Source: Macrostomum lignano (Eukaryota). From it: a DNA stretch of 64,000 nt. Location of the stretch: contig NIVC01000109.1 in the NCBI GenBank assembly GCA_002269645.1, positions 248,001 through 312,000 on the forward strand, given 5' to 3'. Below, one piece after another: positions 38,571 through 51,700 of this stretch (position 1 is the first letter of the stretch; each line of letters opens with the position of its first letter). The notes under the pieces were generated by a model. The model saw nothing but the letters and a program-made list of their open reading frames with translations, did no database searches and was not told the origin of the DNA. Position numbers and translations under genes: made by a program.

Positions 38571-39198
38571 TTACATGCGGGGCCGCGAATTTATCTCCAT
38601 CAGCATCACTATTGGAATTATCCCTGCATCACCACAGGGATCTCCATCAGCATCACCATTGGAATTAACCCTGCATCACTATTGGGATCTCTTTTGCCGA
38701 AAAAGAAATTAAACCGAAATTCACTCGAACTTTATTGAAGGATCGATTGATTGATTGATCGAACTTGATTGATTTACCACTACTTGATTGATTGAAGGAT
38801 TGAAGGAAATCCTGGCTATAAGATTTGTGTTGGGTAGTGGTAAATAAGCCTGTCATAAAACAGAAGAAGGATTGATTTTTCGTGATAGCGCTTTCTTTAG
38901 AAAATCGGCACAATCGAACTCACGATGGTCAAATTTACGATCAAATTAATACACGAGCCATTGATACATGAGTCATGCAGAAAATCTTTAGGCAGAAAGA
39001 ACATCTCCGTGATTTCGAACCAGTGCAAAATAATATTATAATAAGAATATTAAAAACCTGTTTATTAACTATTAAAAAACTTTAAAGGCTAAAAGCCTAC
39101 TGAGAAACAAAACACTTTTTTCGCAGCTTATAGAATTTCGAGTGCAATTTACAGGTGGATTCTGGGCAGTTACACAAAGCTTCAGCTCATTAGCTGTG

Positions 39199-40911
39199 TC
39201 AAATTGGCCGCGCTCTCTTCACAGCAGTTCCGGATTCTGCAACAATCCAAAAGTGTGTTGAAAAATAAATTTTAAAGCTCGCAAAGGAAAAACTAAATGT
39301 TTGCTAACTTTGAAACTTTCTTAAAAACATAACGTGGAGGTGTTCCGGTGTTCCACTTAAAGCTGTTGGGCAGATCTCTTAGAAACACAATGCTCCGCTC
39401 CTCACTCTTCCATTCATGGCTGTGGACAACAACCAAACATTTCTGCCGTTCATTGACAGTTGCGTTCCTCAAATCGGGAGTCCTCACAAGCAGTAGATGC
39501 TGGAAATTAAACGTGTCAAAAGGAATTAAAATTACACAACTTAAGCAACGAATGAACACTAGCTACATCTTCATAAAATAGTCCTTTCTGTACTATTTAG
39601 ATACGAGCGTAGAAGCTAAGCATATTACCTTTTTAACTTCTTTGACATCGGCAACGAACTCAGTTCGGTTTCCCGTGGTTTCATTGGTGACAATGAAATG
39701 TACCTTTATGTCACTCTTCTGAATGCCTGAAATTCGAACAGTAGGAATCACGGTATTTATTTTGTGCGAGAATTTCAGCAGAAAATTAGTTATTAAATAG
39801 TGTTGAAACCGAGCGCACCTGTTGTAGGGGTGCTGGTGTGAATCGCCAACATGCTGCCGCCCTCCTTTGGCACTTCCGCTGGGTTCACACAATCGACCTG
39901 AATAAGCTTTATTTCCTCTAAAAATTGTGAAACGCATTAACTAATAACCAATATTGACTGAGAGTTCAGAACGAAACTGAGACACTCACTCTTACTGACG
40001 ATCGGGTCGCTGAACACAGTGCTCAGCTGCCCTTCTCTACCAAAGAAATCGACGAATGAGAGCGAGAACGCCAGTCGAATGCGACCCAAGTTTTTGGTTG
40101 TGTATTGAGTTGATGGAGCTGTGGGACCTGAAACAGCGCCAAATTTTTATGTGAGCTTCATTAAATTGGACTTCAACGGCGAAAACGAGACGATATTAAA
40201 AGATAAATGCTCACAATTTGGAAGCTGAGGAACATTTCTGCGTCTGGCTTCCATGTGGTCATCGATGTGCTTCTTTGTGGTTTGAGAGACAGCCAGTCTC
40301 TCAAAGCTGAAGAGTCAATCATGAATTTTCGCTGCTTTAATTCGAGAATAAAACTGACTGTACACTCAAGTTCGACAATTAATAAATTAAATGTTGTCAC
40401 CGAAAAATATTGAACTGACGTTTCATGTGTCACCATGAATTTTTACTCACGTGATCTCCCATTCACCACCAGAATCTCCCAATGCATCAACAGACTTCTT
40501 CAGCTGGAAATATCCGTTGCTGCAGTGGTCCCCGTGCAGGTAGTACGGATGAGGAGCCTTCTCCTCGGCGCTCACGGTGCACACAGTCAGCTGCAGCTGC
40601 GAGTGCACAGCTGGGTCGATGCCGCTGACGCGAACTCTCACGAAGCTCTTGTTGCCATCGGTGGAGCTCCTGCCGAGCAGCAGGCGGCCAAGGTGGTAGC
40701 TTGCTTGCTGAGACTCGTAGCGAAATCCGTAGAACCGAGCCGGCTGCTCCTCGATGGTCAGCGACGGCGGCTGCGGCTCTTTCAGGCTGAGGATCTGGGG
40801 CTCCGCTTGAAGCAGAAAGTCTCTGCCAATCACCTGAGTTTCGTCTGAAGCTGCTACAGTTCCAGAATATTCGCAGTACTCCACTTCACTTGCTACGATT
40901 TCATTTAGAAG
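39199..40911 (-). CDS. NF-kB/Rel-like protein copy C (RHD + IPT + NLS), at least 363 aa; start codon exon not resolved
   Basis: Exons (minus): 40911-40451, 40306-40215, 40127-39990, 39917-39819, 39726-39629, 39499-39334, 39236-39199 (TGA); all phases consistent. FYGFRYESQ loop, FERLAVSQTTKK, LGRIRLAFSL, VFSDPIV, GIQKSDIKVHF, LLLVRTPDL, VKRARPI-stop. Confidence 0.85.
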
Positions 40912-42164
40912 CTAAAATCGAATCGGTAAGATCGGAAAGAGTGTTGTTTTTCGACCAGGGTAATAACCCACCTTTATTAAAATTTACAGCAAAACTTCTA
41001 TTTTTACGTGGTGGCAATATTAAACAGAGCCAAAGTTGCAGATAAGATGGCTTGATTTAATGGATTGCCTTCTTGAAAAGAACTGATGCCCGGCATTGCG
41101 CCAGGGTACCAAAACCCCTCCTGTGTACATTTATTACCATGGTAGCTCTATCTAATCGTCCTTTCAGATGCATATACGTACAAAGTACATCGCATGGTGG
41201 CACAGCTAAGCTATAAATCCTGATAATTCAATAGCTGAAGGCCTGTCACAAGTGTGCGAAGGAGGATCAGTGTGAAGCTTTGACAGTGTGAAGCTTCTGA
41301 ATTCTAGTAACCCTAGAAAATGTCAAGCTTTTTCATGTAGCAAATGAGGTCTGGATAACGCATGACCTTGTCCAGGGACTACTCAAACACTACTCAAACA
41401 TGTTTGAGTAGTCCCTGACCTTGTCTTGGGAAATCACATGAAATAATTAGCTAGCTCTTGGGCAGGAGAAGTATCAACTTGGAAAAGTTTCTTTAAAATT
41501 TTTAAAGCTATTAGTTTGGCAGGAAGCAACTCACCATTTTGGGCTCGTAAATTTTAAGTTTGGCTTTGATAGTTAGGATAAGGTACCAAAGATGAATCTT
41601 TATGCCCTCAAGGCGAAGTAAGTACCTTGTGCGAGCTACCATTGAGTGTACGAGTGTGAATGTGCAGTGTACTGGCCAGAGCAGCGCGCCACTTCTATAA
41701 ATAATCTTGACGTAAAAATTAAACTTCGATTTGCACATGTGTGCCGTACGTAGGACACTTAGTTACGAGATGAGCAAACAAAAATAACGAATTTGTGCAT
41801 ACTTCTTGTATATTTCTTCCATGCAATTCAACCCAGAAGCGTCATAATTTTTGTAGGAGAGAATATTATGAGAATATTATAAATTTTACCAGCAACTTAA
41901 TACACGAATGCTGGCAATTGCTACTCACAAAATATTTTAGGCAAAAAACGGCTCAATGATTTAGGCAACAATAAGTTCCAATCTACGAGAAATGGAACCA
42001 ACGAAAATATGCAATAATGAGAGTGTTAATAGTCAGCTCATTTATTATTTGAAAAATTCAAGTCATCAAAGCAATTTTTCATGGCTTTTAAACTTTCGGA
42101 AACGAGTGCAATTTACAGGCGGATTCTGGGCAGTTTCACGAAGCCTTCAGTTCATCAGGAAATG

Positions 42165-42954
42165 TCAACTTGGCGGCGCTCTCTTCACAGCAATTCCGGA
42201 TTCTGCAACAATCCAAGAGTGTATTTAATAATTAATTTAAAAACTCGCGAAGAATAAAGCACAATTTTTCTAACTTAAAATTTTCTTGAAGCATAAGAAC
42301 GTACTTGGCGGTGTTTCGGGGTTCCTCTTAGAGCTGTTGGGCAGATCTGTTTCAAACTGAATGTTGAGCTTTTCACTCTTCCCTCCGTGGCTGTGAACAA
42401 CTACGAAGCCTTTAAGTCGTTCATTGGCAGTTGCGCACCTCACGTCGGGTATCTCCACCTTCAGTAGGTGCTGGAAGTCAAACGTGTCAAGAGCATTTTA
42501 CAATTTAACTACTTGTCGGTGACAGACAAGGAAAACGCCAGACAGTAACAACATCAACTGGTAAATTGAAAAGCACGTGAAGGCATTTAAAGTTTCATTA
42601 CTAAAGGATCTTGCGAAGCCTATACGAGCGTAATAGTCAGGCAAAATTTTTCTTTATGTACTGGAAGATAAGCATATTACCTTTTTAACTTCTTTCACGT
42701 CGGCAACGAACTTAGTTTCTGTGGCTTCATTGATGACCGTAAAATGAACCTTGATGTCACTCTTCTGAATTCCTGAAATTCAAATAGCGTGTTTAGCAGC
42801 ATGTATTTAGCGTGATTGATTAATTCAGTTGAGATAGTTTTGAAACCGAGCGCACCTGTTGTAGGGGTGCTAGTGTGGATCGCCAGCATGCTTCTGCCCT
42901 CCATTAGCACTGTTGCTGGGTTCAGACAATCGACCTTAATAGTCTTATTTTCTT
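42165..42954 (-). pseudogene. NF-kB/Rel-like copy D: IPT and NLS exons only; RHD exons absent where the Helitron array begins
   Basis: Exons 42954-42856, 42772-42681, 42470-42305, 42202-42165 are open and orthologous to the last four exons of copy C (GIQKSDIKVHF, HLLKVEIPDV, VKRAPPS-stop). No RHD exon is recognisable between 42954 and the Helitron end at 43292. Confidence 0.75.
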
Positions 42955-43354
42955 CTGAAAAAGATGAAACGCATTGACTAATGGTAGATTCTATATATGG
43001 TTTAATTACTTGAATAATGATTACAGTCACAAGTGGCGAAGCTTAATAAGCTCACTTTATAGCATAGTTTATAGCGTTGTTAATGCTCAAACAGAAACGA
43101 TAATTTTTATGACCATGCACTAGTGTATATGGGTTCATAATTGAATAATGATCAGCAGCCACACTATTAAGTAACGCGATGTTTTTTTGCACCATAGACA
43201 AATTTTCTACTGCCAGCGGCTTGGTTGATTTAGGAAAAACATTGGATTACGGGGCGTTTAGTTATACCATAGGCTAAAGATCAGTGAATAACTAGCAATC
43301 CGGCCCGTTCAGGGAGTGCGAAAATGAAAATGAAAATATTTCTAAAATATTAAA

Positions 43355-44320
43355 GAATAGACCCATGCTTCCAGTAAGCCTTGATGTCTCAGTAACTCCC
43401 CCAGCTAAGCCTTGAAGTCTAAGAAATTTCCCCACTAAGACTTGACATCACAGCAATTCCCTTAGCTGCAAGCCTTGACATCTCAGCAATTCCCCTAGTA
43501 AGCCTTGACATCTCAACAATCTCCCCGTAAGCCTTGACATCCAGTGATTCCCCCTGTAAGCCTGGACATCTCAGTAATTCTCCATAAGCCTTGAAATCTC
43601 AGCAATTCCCCCAGTTGTAAGCCTTGAAATCTCAGCGATTCCCCCAGCAATAAGCCTTGACATGCATCTCAGCAATTCCCCCAGCTGTAAGCCTTGACAT
43701 CTTAGCAATTCCTCCCAGTTGTAAGCCTTGACATCCCAGCAATTCCCCCAGTTGTAAGACTTGACATCTTAGCAATTCCTCCTAGTTGTAAGCCTTGACA
43801 TCCCAGCAATTCCTTCAGCTGTAAGCCTGTCATGGTCTTAGGTCTTTAGTCTTAGCAATTCCTCCCAGCTATAAGCCTTGACATCTCAGCAATTCCCCCA
43901 GCTATAAGCCTTGACATCCCAGCAATTCTCCCAGCTGTAAGCCTGGACATCTCAGCAATTCTTCCAGCTGTTAGCTTTGACGTCTTAGCAATTCCCCTAG
44001 TTGTAAGCCTTGACATCCCAGCAATTCTCCCAGCTGTAAGCTTCGACGTCTTAGCAATTCCCCAAGTTGTAAGCCTTGACATCCCAGCAATTCTCCCAGC
44101 TGTAAGCTTTGACATCTTATCAATACCCCCAGCTGTAAGCCTTGACGTCTTAGCAATTCCCCCAGCTGTAATCCTTGACATCCCAGCAATTCCCTCAGCT
44201 TGTAAGTCCTGAAAAAGACATCTTAGCAATGCTCCCAGTAACCCTTGGCATCTCAACAATCCCCCATAAGCCTTGACATCTCAGCAGTTCTCCCAGTAAG
44301 TCTTGACATCTTCGCAATTT
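43355..44320. repeat. ~30-33 bp minisatellite GTAAGCCTTGACATCTCAGCAATTCCCCCA(GCT) inside H1
   Basis: About 30 copies. Confidence 0.95.
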
Positions 44321-44439
44321 CCCTATGAATTTTTTGTTTTACAAGATGCTTCGTTTGTGCTTGAAATTATGCCTCTTTTATGTTTAGCATGATGCTTTTT
44401 CACATCACATGGTGGTCCTTTTTGTAAGCTTTAATCATG

Positions 44440-44530
44440 AAGATTCAAAAATACTAACAAATTATTCTAATGAACTTCGAACTCAGTTGCTGCTTTAGCA
44501 GCTCTGTCTGTTTGCATCTAGGCTAGCTTT
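44440..44530 (-). ncRNA. tRNA-like Pol III module in H1 (putative)
   Basis: TAGCCTAGATG (A-like) ... CTGCTAA loop ... GAGTTCGAAG (B-like), T5 downstream. Confidence 0.3.
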
Positions 44531-44608
44531 CATTTATATGTGCCCATACATTCATTGATATATGGCCATACTACAATTCAACACTCACAGCACGTCAGTT
44601 AGAGTCAA

Positions 44609-45053
44609 AGATACTAGAATAACTAGATGGTCCACTCTGGCATATATACTTGGCAAAACAGCTTTCTACTTTCAGTTCAGTAGCAAAGAAGAATACATAA
44701 GCTATTTTATAAGAATAAGGCAGCTGAGATGACTTCGATAAGTTTAGAAGCCAAGCTTGCAGACGTAAACAGCTTGCTAATTAGTTCAGCCAAAATGTAC
44801 ATTAGCCACTGAAATGTACAAGGCAGATTTAGGCTGGAACAACCGAAGAAGGTAATAAAATTAGGTCGCGGACGGGGGTAGAGGTTCTATGAGGAGTTTG
44901 AGGGTTTAATAGCTTGGGGGGTAAGAGCCAATACGAGCTAAATAAGCTTTGTCTTTAAAAATACATTAAAATGCTTCAGTTTAACTTACTACTGAACTGA
45001 AAGTAGCTGGCACGCAAATGTGCCGAGTGGCCCATCTAGTTATTCTAGTATCT
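44609..45053. mobile_element. MITE (~445 bp) nested in H1
   Basis: Perfect 22 bp TIR AGATACTAGAATAACTAGATGG / CCATCTAGTTATTCTAGTATCT, extended imperfectly, plus a subterminal IR CTACTTTCAGTTCAGTAG (44666-44683 vs 44989-45006). H1 sequence resumes on both sides. TSD not resolved. Confidence 0.8.
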
Positions 45054-46019
45054 GTGGTTAGAGTAAAAGTCATGACGTAATGTATTTCTCAGTCAGTCAG
45101 TGTCTGTTACCATTAAAGTTAGCAATTCAATTACGCAATATCAATCAAGTCTTGTGCTATATACTTCAGACTGGCGCAATTCAAGTCAGTGTGAACATTC
45201 AGCAATGTAAAAAACGACAATAAGTAAAAAGTTTGTTGTGATGCAATCTTTATCAGAATCAGAATTTAGTCAGTCAGTTTTGTCTCTAGCATTCTTACAA
45301 TACATTTAAAGTCGAAAAGTTTACTTGACCTTTGCAAAAAAGCATATCCTTACGACACAGAAAAAAAGCATGTTTTTCGAATATTTAATCCCTTTAGCAT
45401 TGAGCAATTTCTTAGCCACGACCCCTGTACCGTCACGGAAAAATTTCTGATCGAATGGTGCAAGTTTGGTGGAAATCGGTTGAGCCGTTTTTTCTATTAT
45501 CGATCGCACAGACAGACAGACAGAGACAGCTCAGATTTAGATATATACTAGCAATCTAGCGCCCCCCTTCGGGGTGGCCAATAAGCAAGGGACGAATCCT
45601 TTAAAATGAAAAGAATTCTTAGGGAGGGGGGCTAGGAATCGAATTCTCATTTTAATTCTGGGGCTTATGTGCTAATAAAACATGCTTGTGTAGAACTGAC
45701 AATTCAACCATACTTGCCTTCTTTCAAAGCAATAGCGTACTACTTCTGTAGCGGTGCAAGCAGTACGCTCGGCAATGGCTGGAAAAGCAGCTACAGCAAA
45801 AAATATTGTTACCCAAAGGCAACACAGTTGCCTATCATGCAAAGGCATCACTGGTGTTAAACACCAATTCCTTCTTCACTTTTTAAAATCACCTTATTCA
45901 TGTAAAATTGTCACGGACAATGATATTTGCTATGAATGTCTTTTTTTCTAAAATTAACAAACCGACAACAAAATATAGCTTTCACAAAAATAACAGACAT
46001 TCCACCTAAATAGAAAATA

Positions 46020-47950
46020 TTCCCAAGACAGCAAGTATCCCTCCAGATAGCAAGCACCCCCTCCAAAAGTAAGCAACAACAGATAGCAAGCATCCCTTAG
46101 TACACGTAGCAAGCTTCACCCCAGATAGCAAGCAACCTGCACATAGCAAGCATCGCAAGATACTGTAGAAGCATCCACCCAGATAGCAAGCATCCTGCAG
46201 ATAGCAAGAATCCCTGAATAGCAAGCATCCCTGGATAGAAAGAATCCCATACATGTAGCCAAGCTTATCAAGTGCTGTAATCCTTGGTTTGCTAAGTGCA
46301 ATAATCCTTGGCTTATCAAGAGCAATAATCCTTTGCTTATCAAGTGCAGTTATCCTTGGTTTATCAAGTGCAGTAATCCTTGGTTTATCGAGTGCAGTAA
46401 TCCTAGGTTTGCCAAGTGCAATAATCCTTGGCTTATTAAGAGCGATATGTCTTGGTTTATCAAGTGCAGTAATCCTTGGTTTATCGAGTGCAGTAATCCT
46501 AGGTTTGCCAAGTGCAATAATCCTTGGCTTATCAAGCGCAGTAATCCTTGGCTTATCAAGCGCAGTAATCCTTGGTTTATTAAGAGCAATAATCCTTGGT
46601 TTATCAAGTGCAGTAATCCTTGGTTTGCTAAGTACAAAAATCCTTAGCTTATTAAGAGCAATAATCCTTGGCTTATTAGGAGCAGTAATCCTTGGTTTGC
46701 CAAGTGAAATTACCCTTAGCTTATTAAGAGCAATAATCCTTGGTTTATCAAGTGCAATAATCCTTAGCTTATTAAGAGCGATAATTCTTGGTTTATCAAG
46801 TGCAGTAATCCTTTGCCTATCAAGCGCAGTAATCCTTGGTTTATTAAGAGCAATAATCCTTGGTTTATCAAGAGCAATAATCCTTGGCTTATCAAGAGCG
46901 ATTTGTCTTGGTTTATCAAGTGCAGTAATCCTTGGTTTGCCAAGTACAAAAATCCTTAGCTTATTAAGAGCAATAATCCTTGGCTTATTAGGAGCAGTAA
47001 TCCTTGGTTTGCCAAGTGCAATATCCCTTAGCTTATTAAGAGCGATAATTCTTGGTTTATCAAGCGCAGTAATCCTTGATTTGCCAAGCGCAGTAATCCT
47101 TGGTTTATCAAGTGCAGTAATCCTTGGTTTGCCAAGTGCAATAATCCTTAGCTTGTTAAGAGCGATAATCCTTGGTTTATCAAGTGCAGTAGGTTTATCA
47201 AGTGCAGTAGGTTTATCAAGTGCAGTAATCCTTGGTTTGCCAAGTGCAAAAATCCTTAGCTTATTAAGAGCAATTATCCTTGGCTTATAAAGAGCAATAA
47301 TCCTGGGTTTATCAAGTGCTATAATCTTTGGTTTATCAAGTGCAGTAATCCTTGGTTTATTGAGAGCAATTATCCTTAGCTTATTAAAAGCGATAATTCT
47401 TGGCTTATCAAGTTCAGTAATCCTTGGCTTATCAAGCGCAGTAATCCTTGGTTTATTAAGAGCAATAATCATTGGTTTATCAAGTGCAGTAATCTTTGGT
47501 TTATTACGAGCAATAATCCTTGGTTTATCAAGTGCAGTAATCCTTGGCTTATTAAGAGCAATAATCCTTGGTTTATCAAGTGCAATAATCCTTGGTTTAT
47601 CAAGTGCATTAATCCTTGGTTTATCAAGAGCAAAAATTCTTGGTTTATCGAGTGCAGTAATCCTTTGCCTATCAAGTGCAGTAATCCTTGATTTGCCAAG
47701 CGCAGTAATCCTTGGTTTATCAAGTGCAGTAGGTTTATCAAGTGCAGTAATCCTTGGCCTATTAAGCGAAATAATCCTTAGCTTATTATGAGAAATAATC
47801 CTTGGCTTATTAAGAGCAGTAATCCTTGGTTTGCAAGTGCAATAATCCTTGGTTTATCAAGTGCAGTAATCCTTGGTTTATTAAGAGCAATAATCCTTGG
47901 TTTATCAAGTGCAGTAATCCTTGGCTAATCAAGTGCAGTAATCCCTGGTT
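46020..47950. repeat. 18 bp (GATAGCAAGCATCCCCCA) then 24 bp (TATCAAGTGCAGTAATCCTTGGTT) minisatellites inside H2
   Basis: 18-mer ~46020-46250; 24-mer ~46260-47950, about 70 copies. Confidence 0.95.
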
Positions 47951-48006
47951 TATCAAACACGGTGATCTAAAGGTTTTTAATTAGTCTTTTAATAAAAGCT
48001 TTCAAT

Positions 48007-48100
48007 AAAAAAAATTACATTACTACTTTTACACTACTTAGATTCGAACCCTGGTCGCTGCATTAGCAATCCAGTCTATTCAGCTCTAGGCTAGCTCTAA
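48007..48100 (-). ncRNA. tRNA-like Pol III module in H2 (putative)
   Basis: TAGCCTAGAGC ... CTGGATTGCTAATGCAG ... GGGTTCGAATC, then T8 about 25 nt downstream. Confidence 0.4.
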
Positions 48101-48701
48101 TTGAAGTTATAAATGAATTTGTAGCACTTATATAATTCAACACTCACACCAAGTCAATTGAGTAAAAGTTACACAAAGCAGTTATGACATAATCAATTTT
48201 TTAGGCAAGTCAGTACCAGTCTCTATTAAAGTTAGCATTGTGGTTAAGCAATATAAATCAAGTATTGTGCTATGCTTCCACACTCAATCTTGTGACGCAA
48301 TTCAATTGAGTGTCAAAATTCAGCCAGTACACAGACAATAAATAAAAAGCCTATTGTGATGCAATCTATTTCAGAATCAGAATTCAACCAGTCAGTTTTT
48401 TCTCTAGCATTCTTACAATGCATTTCAAGTCGAAAAGTTTGCTTGACCTTTGCAAAAAAGTATGTTTTTCGAATATTTAATGCCTTTAGCATCGAGCAAT
48501 TTCTTAGCCACGATGCATGTACCGTCACGGAATAATTTCTGATCGAACAGTGCAGGTTCGAAGAAAATCGGTTCAGCCGTTTTTGCTAAAATCGATCACA
48601 CACACACACACGCACGCACGCACATACAAACAGACCATTTTTAGTATATTAGACAAGCAAGATTTTCATTTTTAGTATATTAGAGATTTAGTATATTTAG
48701 A

Positions 48702-51700
48702 CTAGCAATCTTCGCCCCCCGATGGGGGACATCTGGATAGAATCCTTGTTCTTTACAAATAAGAAATAGACCGCGAAATAAAGCCTTCATAAAAAACAAC
48801 AGACATTCCCTCTAAAAAAACATCCCAAGACAGCAAGCATCCTCAGACAGCATTCAAGCATCGATGCCCAGATAGCAAGCATCCCCCAGACCGCCAGCAA
48901 CCCCTGATAGCAAGCATAACCTGGATACAAATGGTCCTGATAGATAGCTAGCAACCGCCTCTCAGGTACCCTCCACCTCCCAAGGGCAAGCATCTCCCAA
49001 TAGCAAGCATCCCCCAGATAGCAAGCATTCCCCAGATAGCAAGCATTTCCCAGATAGCAAGCATCCCCAAGATAGCAAGCATCCCCCAGATAGCAAGCAT
49101 CCCCCAGATAGCAAGCATACCTTATATAGCAAGCATCCCCCAGATAGCAAGAATCCCTCAGATAGCAAGCATCCCCCAGATCGCAAGCATCCCCCAGACC
49201 GCAAAATACCCCAGATAGCAAGCATAACCTGGATACAAAGAGACCTTATGGATATCTAGCAACCCCCTCTCAGAGAGCATCTCCCAATAGCCAGTTACCC
49301 CAGTAGCAAGCATCCTTCCGATAGCAAGCATCCCCCCAATAGCAAGCATCCCTCGGATAGCAAGCATCCCCCTGATAGCAAGCATCCCCCTGATAGCAAG
49401 CATCCCCCTGATAGCAAGCATCCCCCTGATAGCAAGTATCCATCCTTAAAAGCAAGCATCCACTAGAGAACAAGTAGCTAGTGCAACAATTTTCTTAGCT
49501 TTATAGTGGCTCCATTTCGTTTGGCATGACACTTCTTTTTATGTTTAAAACGGTGTCTCTTTTATGTTTGCAATGGTGTCTCTTTAATGTTTGACATGGT
49601 GGCTCTTCTTTGTTTGACATGGTGTCTCTTTTATGTTTGACATGGAATCACCTATATGTTTGACAAGGTGGCGCTTTAATGTTTTACATGGAGTCAGTCA
49701 CGTATATGTTTGACATGGTGGCTCTTTTATGTTTGATATGTAGGCTCTTTACTGTTCGACATGGTGGCTCTTTTATGTTTGGCATGGTGGCGCTTTTATG
49801 TTTCACATGGTGGCTCTTTATTGTTCGACAAGGTGGCTCTTTAATGTTCGACATGGTGGCTCTTTTATGTTTGGCATGGTGGCTCTTTCATGTTTGACAT
49901 GATAGTTCTTTTATGTTTGACATGATAGCTCCTATATGTTTGACATGGTAGGTCTTTATTGTTTAACATGGTAGCTCTTTTATGTTTCACTCAGTGGCTC
50001 TTTAATGTTCGATATGGTGGCTCTTTAATGTTCGACATGGTGGCTCTTTTATGTTTGGCATGGTGGCTCTTTAACGTTCGACATGGTGGCTCTTTTATGT
50101 TCGACATGGTGGCTCTTGAATGTTTGACATAGCGGCTCTTAAATGCTTGACATGGTAGGTCTTTTATGTTTGACTTGGTGGCTCTTTAATGTTTGACATG
50201 GTGGCTCTTTTATGTTTGGCATGGTGGCTCTTTCATGTTTGACATGATAGCCTCTTTCATGTTTGACATGGTAGGTTTCTAATGTTCGACATGGTGGCTC
50301 TTTAATGTTCGCCACGTTTGTTTTCAGGTTTTTCATGTTTGAGTCACGTATATGTTTGACATGGTGGCTCTTTAATGTTCGCCACGTTTGTTTTCAGGTT
50401 TTTCATGTTTGAGTCACGTATATGTTTGACATGGTGGCTCTTTATTGTTTGACATGGTGGCTCTTTAATGTTTGATATGGTGGCTCTTTTAGGTTTGTCA
50501 TGGTACCAAATAAAGCCTTTACAACAAACATTTAAGAGCCACCATGTCAAACATATATGTGACTTTATGTTAAACATTAAAGAGCCACCATTAAGAAAAT
50601 AAATCTGGCATGATGTTAAACGTTAAAGTGCCACCATATCGAAAATTAAAGAGCCACCATGTCTAACAGTAAAGAGCCACCATGTCGAACATCAAAGGGC
50701 CACCATGTAGAACATTAAAGAGCCACCATGTCGAGCATTAAAGAGCCACCATGTCAAACATAAATCTTGCATGATGTCAAACATTAAAGTGCCACCATAT
50801 CGAACATTAAAGAGCCACCATGTCTAACAGTAAAGAGCCACCATGTCGAACATTAAAGGGCCACCATGTCTAATATTAAAGAGCCACCATGTCAAACATT
50901 GAAGAACCACCATGTCGAACATTAAAGAGCCACCATGTCAAAAATAGAAGAGCCACCATGTCAAACATAGAAGAGCCACCATGTCTAACATTAAAGAGCC
51001 ACCATGTCGAACATTAAAGAGCCACCATGTCTAATATTAAAGAGCCACCATGTCTAACAGTAAAAAGCCACCATGTCGCCTGCTATCTGGGGGTGCTTGC
51101 TATTTGGGAGAGCCTGCTATCTGGGGGTGCTTGCTATTTGGGAGAGCCTGCTATCTGGGGGTGCTTGCTATCTGGTGGTGCTTGCTATCTGGGGGTGCTT
51201 GCTATCTGGAGGTGCTTGCAATCTGGGGTGCTTGCTATCTGGGGGTGCCTGCTATCTGGGGGTGCCTGCTATCTGGGGGTGCTTGCTATCTGGGGGGTGC
51301 CTGCTATCTGGGGGGTGCTTGCTATCTGGGGGTGCCTGCTATCTGGGGGGTGCTTGCTATCTGGAGGTGCTTGCTATCTGAGGGGATGCTTGCTGTCTTA
51401 GGATGTTTTCTTTTTACATTGCACTTCATCTGAGCAGTTTTTCTATTGACTATGTGAAGGCTTTGTTTGGCCATCTTATTGATACTTGTAGAGAACAGAG
51501 ATTCTATCCAGATGTCCCCCATCGGGGGGCGAAGATTGCTAGTCCTTCCTATATACTAAAAATGAGTTGTCTGTATGTGGGTAGGTATGCGATAGATTTC
51601 AGAAAAAATGACATAATCAATTTCTCAGTCAGCCAGTATCAGTCTCAATTTAAGTTAGCAATATGGTTACGCAATTTAAATCAAGTCGTTTGTGCATTTC

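Larger units (their letters stand above)
43292..45547 (-). mobile_element. Non-autonomous Helitron H1
   Basis: Minus-strand 3' end CCCTGAACGGG hairpin + CCGGATTGCTAG followed by T; 5' end TATATATCTAAATC...(CTGT)n...AAACGGCTCAACCGATTT; internal ~30 bp minisatellite. Confidence 0.75.
45548..48701 (-). mobile_element. Non-autonomous Helitron H2
   Basis: 3' end CCACCCCGAAGGGGGG hairpin + CGCTAGATTGCTAG (CTAG 45548-45551); 5' end TCTAAATATACT...TCTAATATACTAAAAATG; ~500 bp 5' block homologous to H1 and H4. Confidence 0.8.

Noticed and set aside
46006-47791. Long ORFs on both strands (488 aa PRIIALDK-repeat, 333 aa SAVILGLS-repeat)
   Set aside because: They are translations of a 24-bp minisatellite inside a Helitron; a unit length divisible by 3 keeps frames open without selection. 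No splice or start context.
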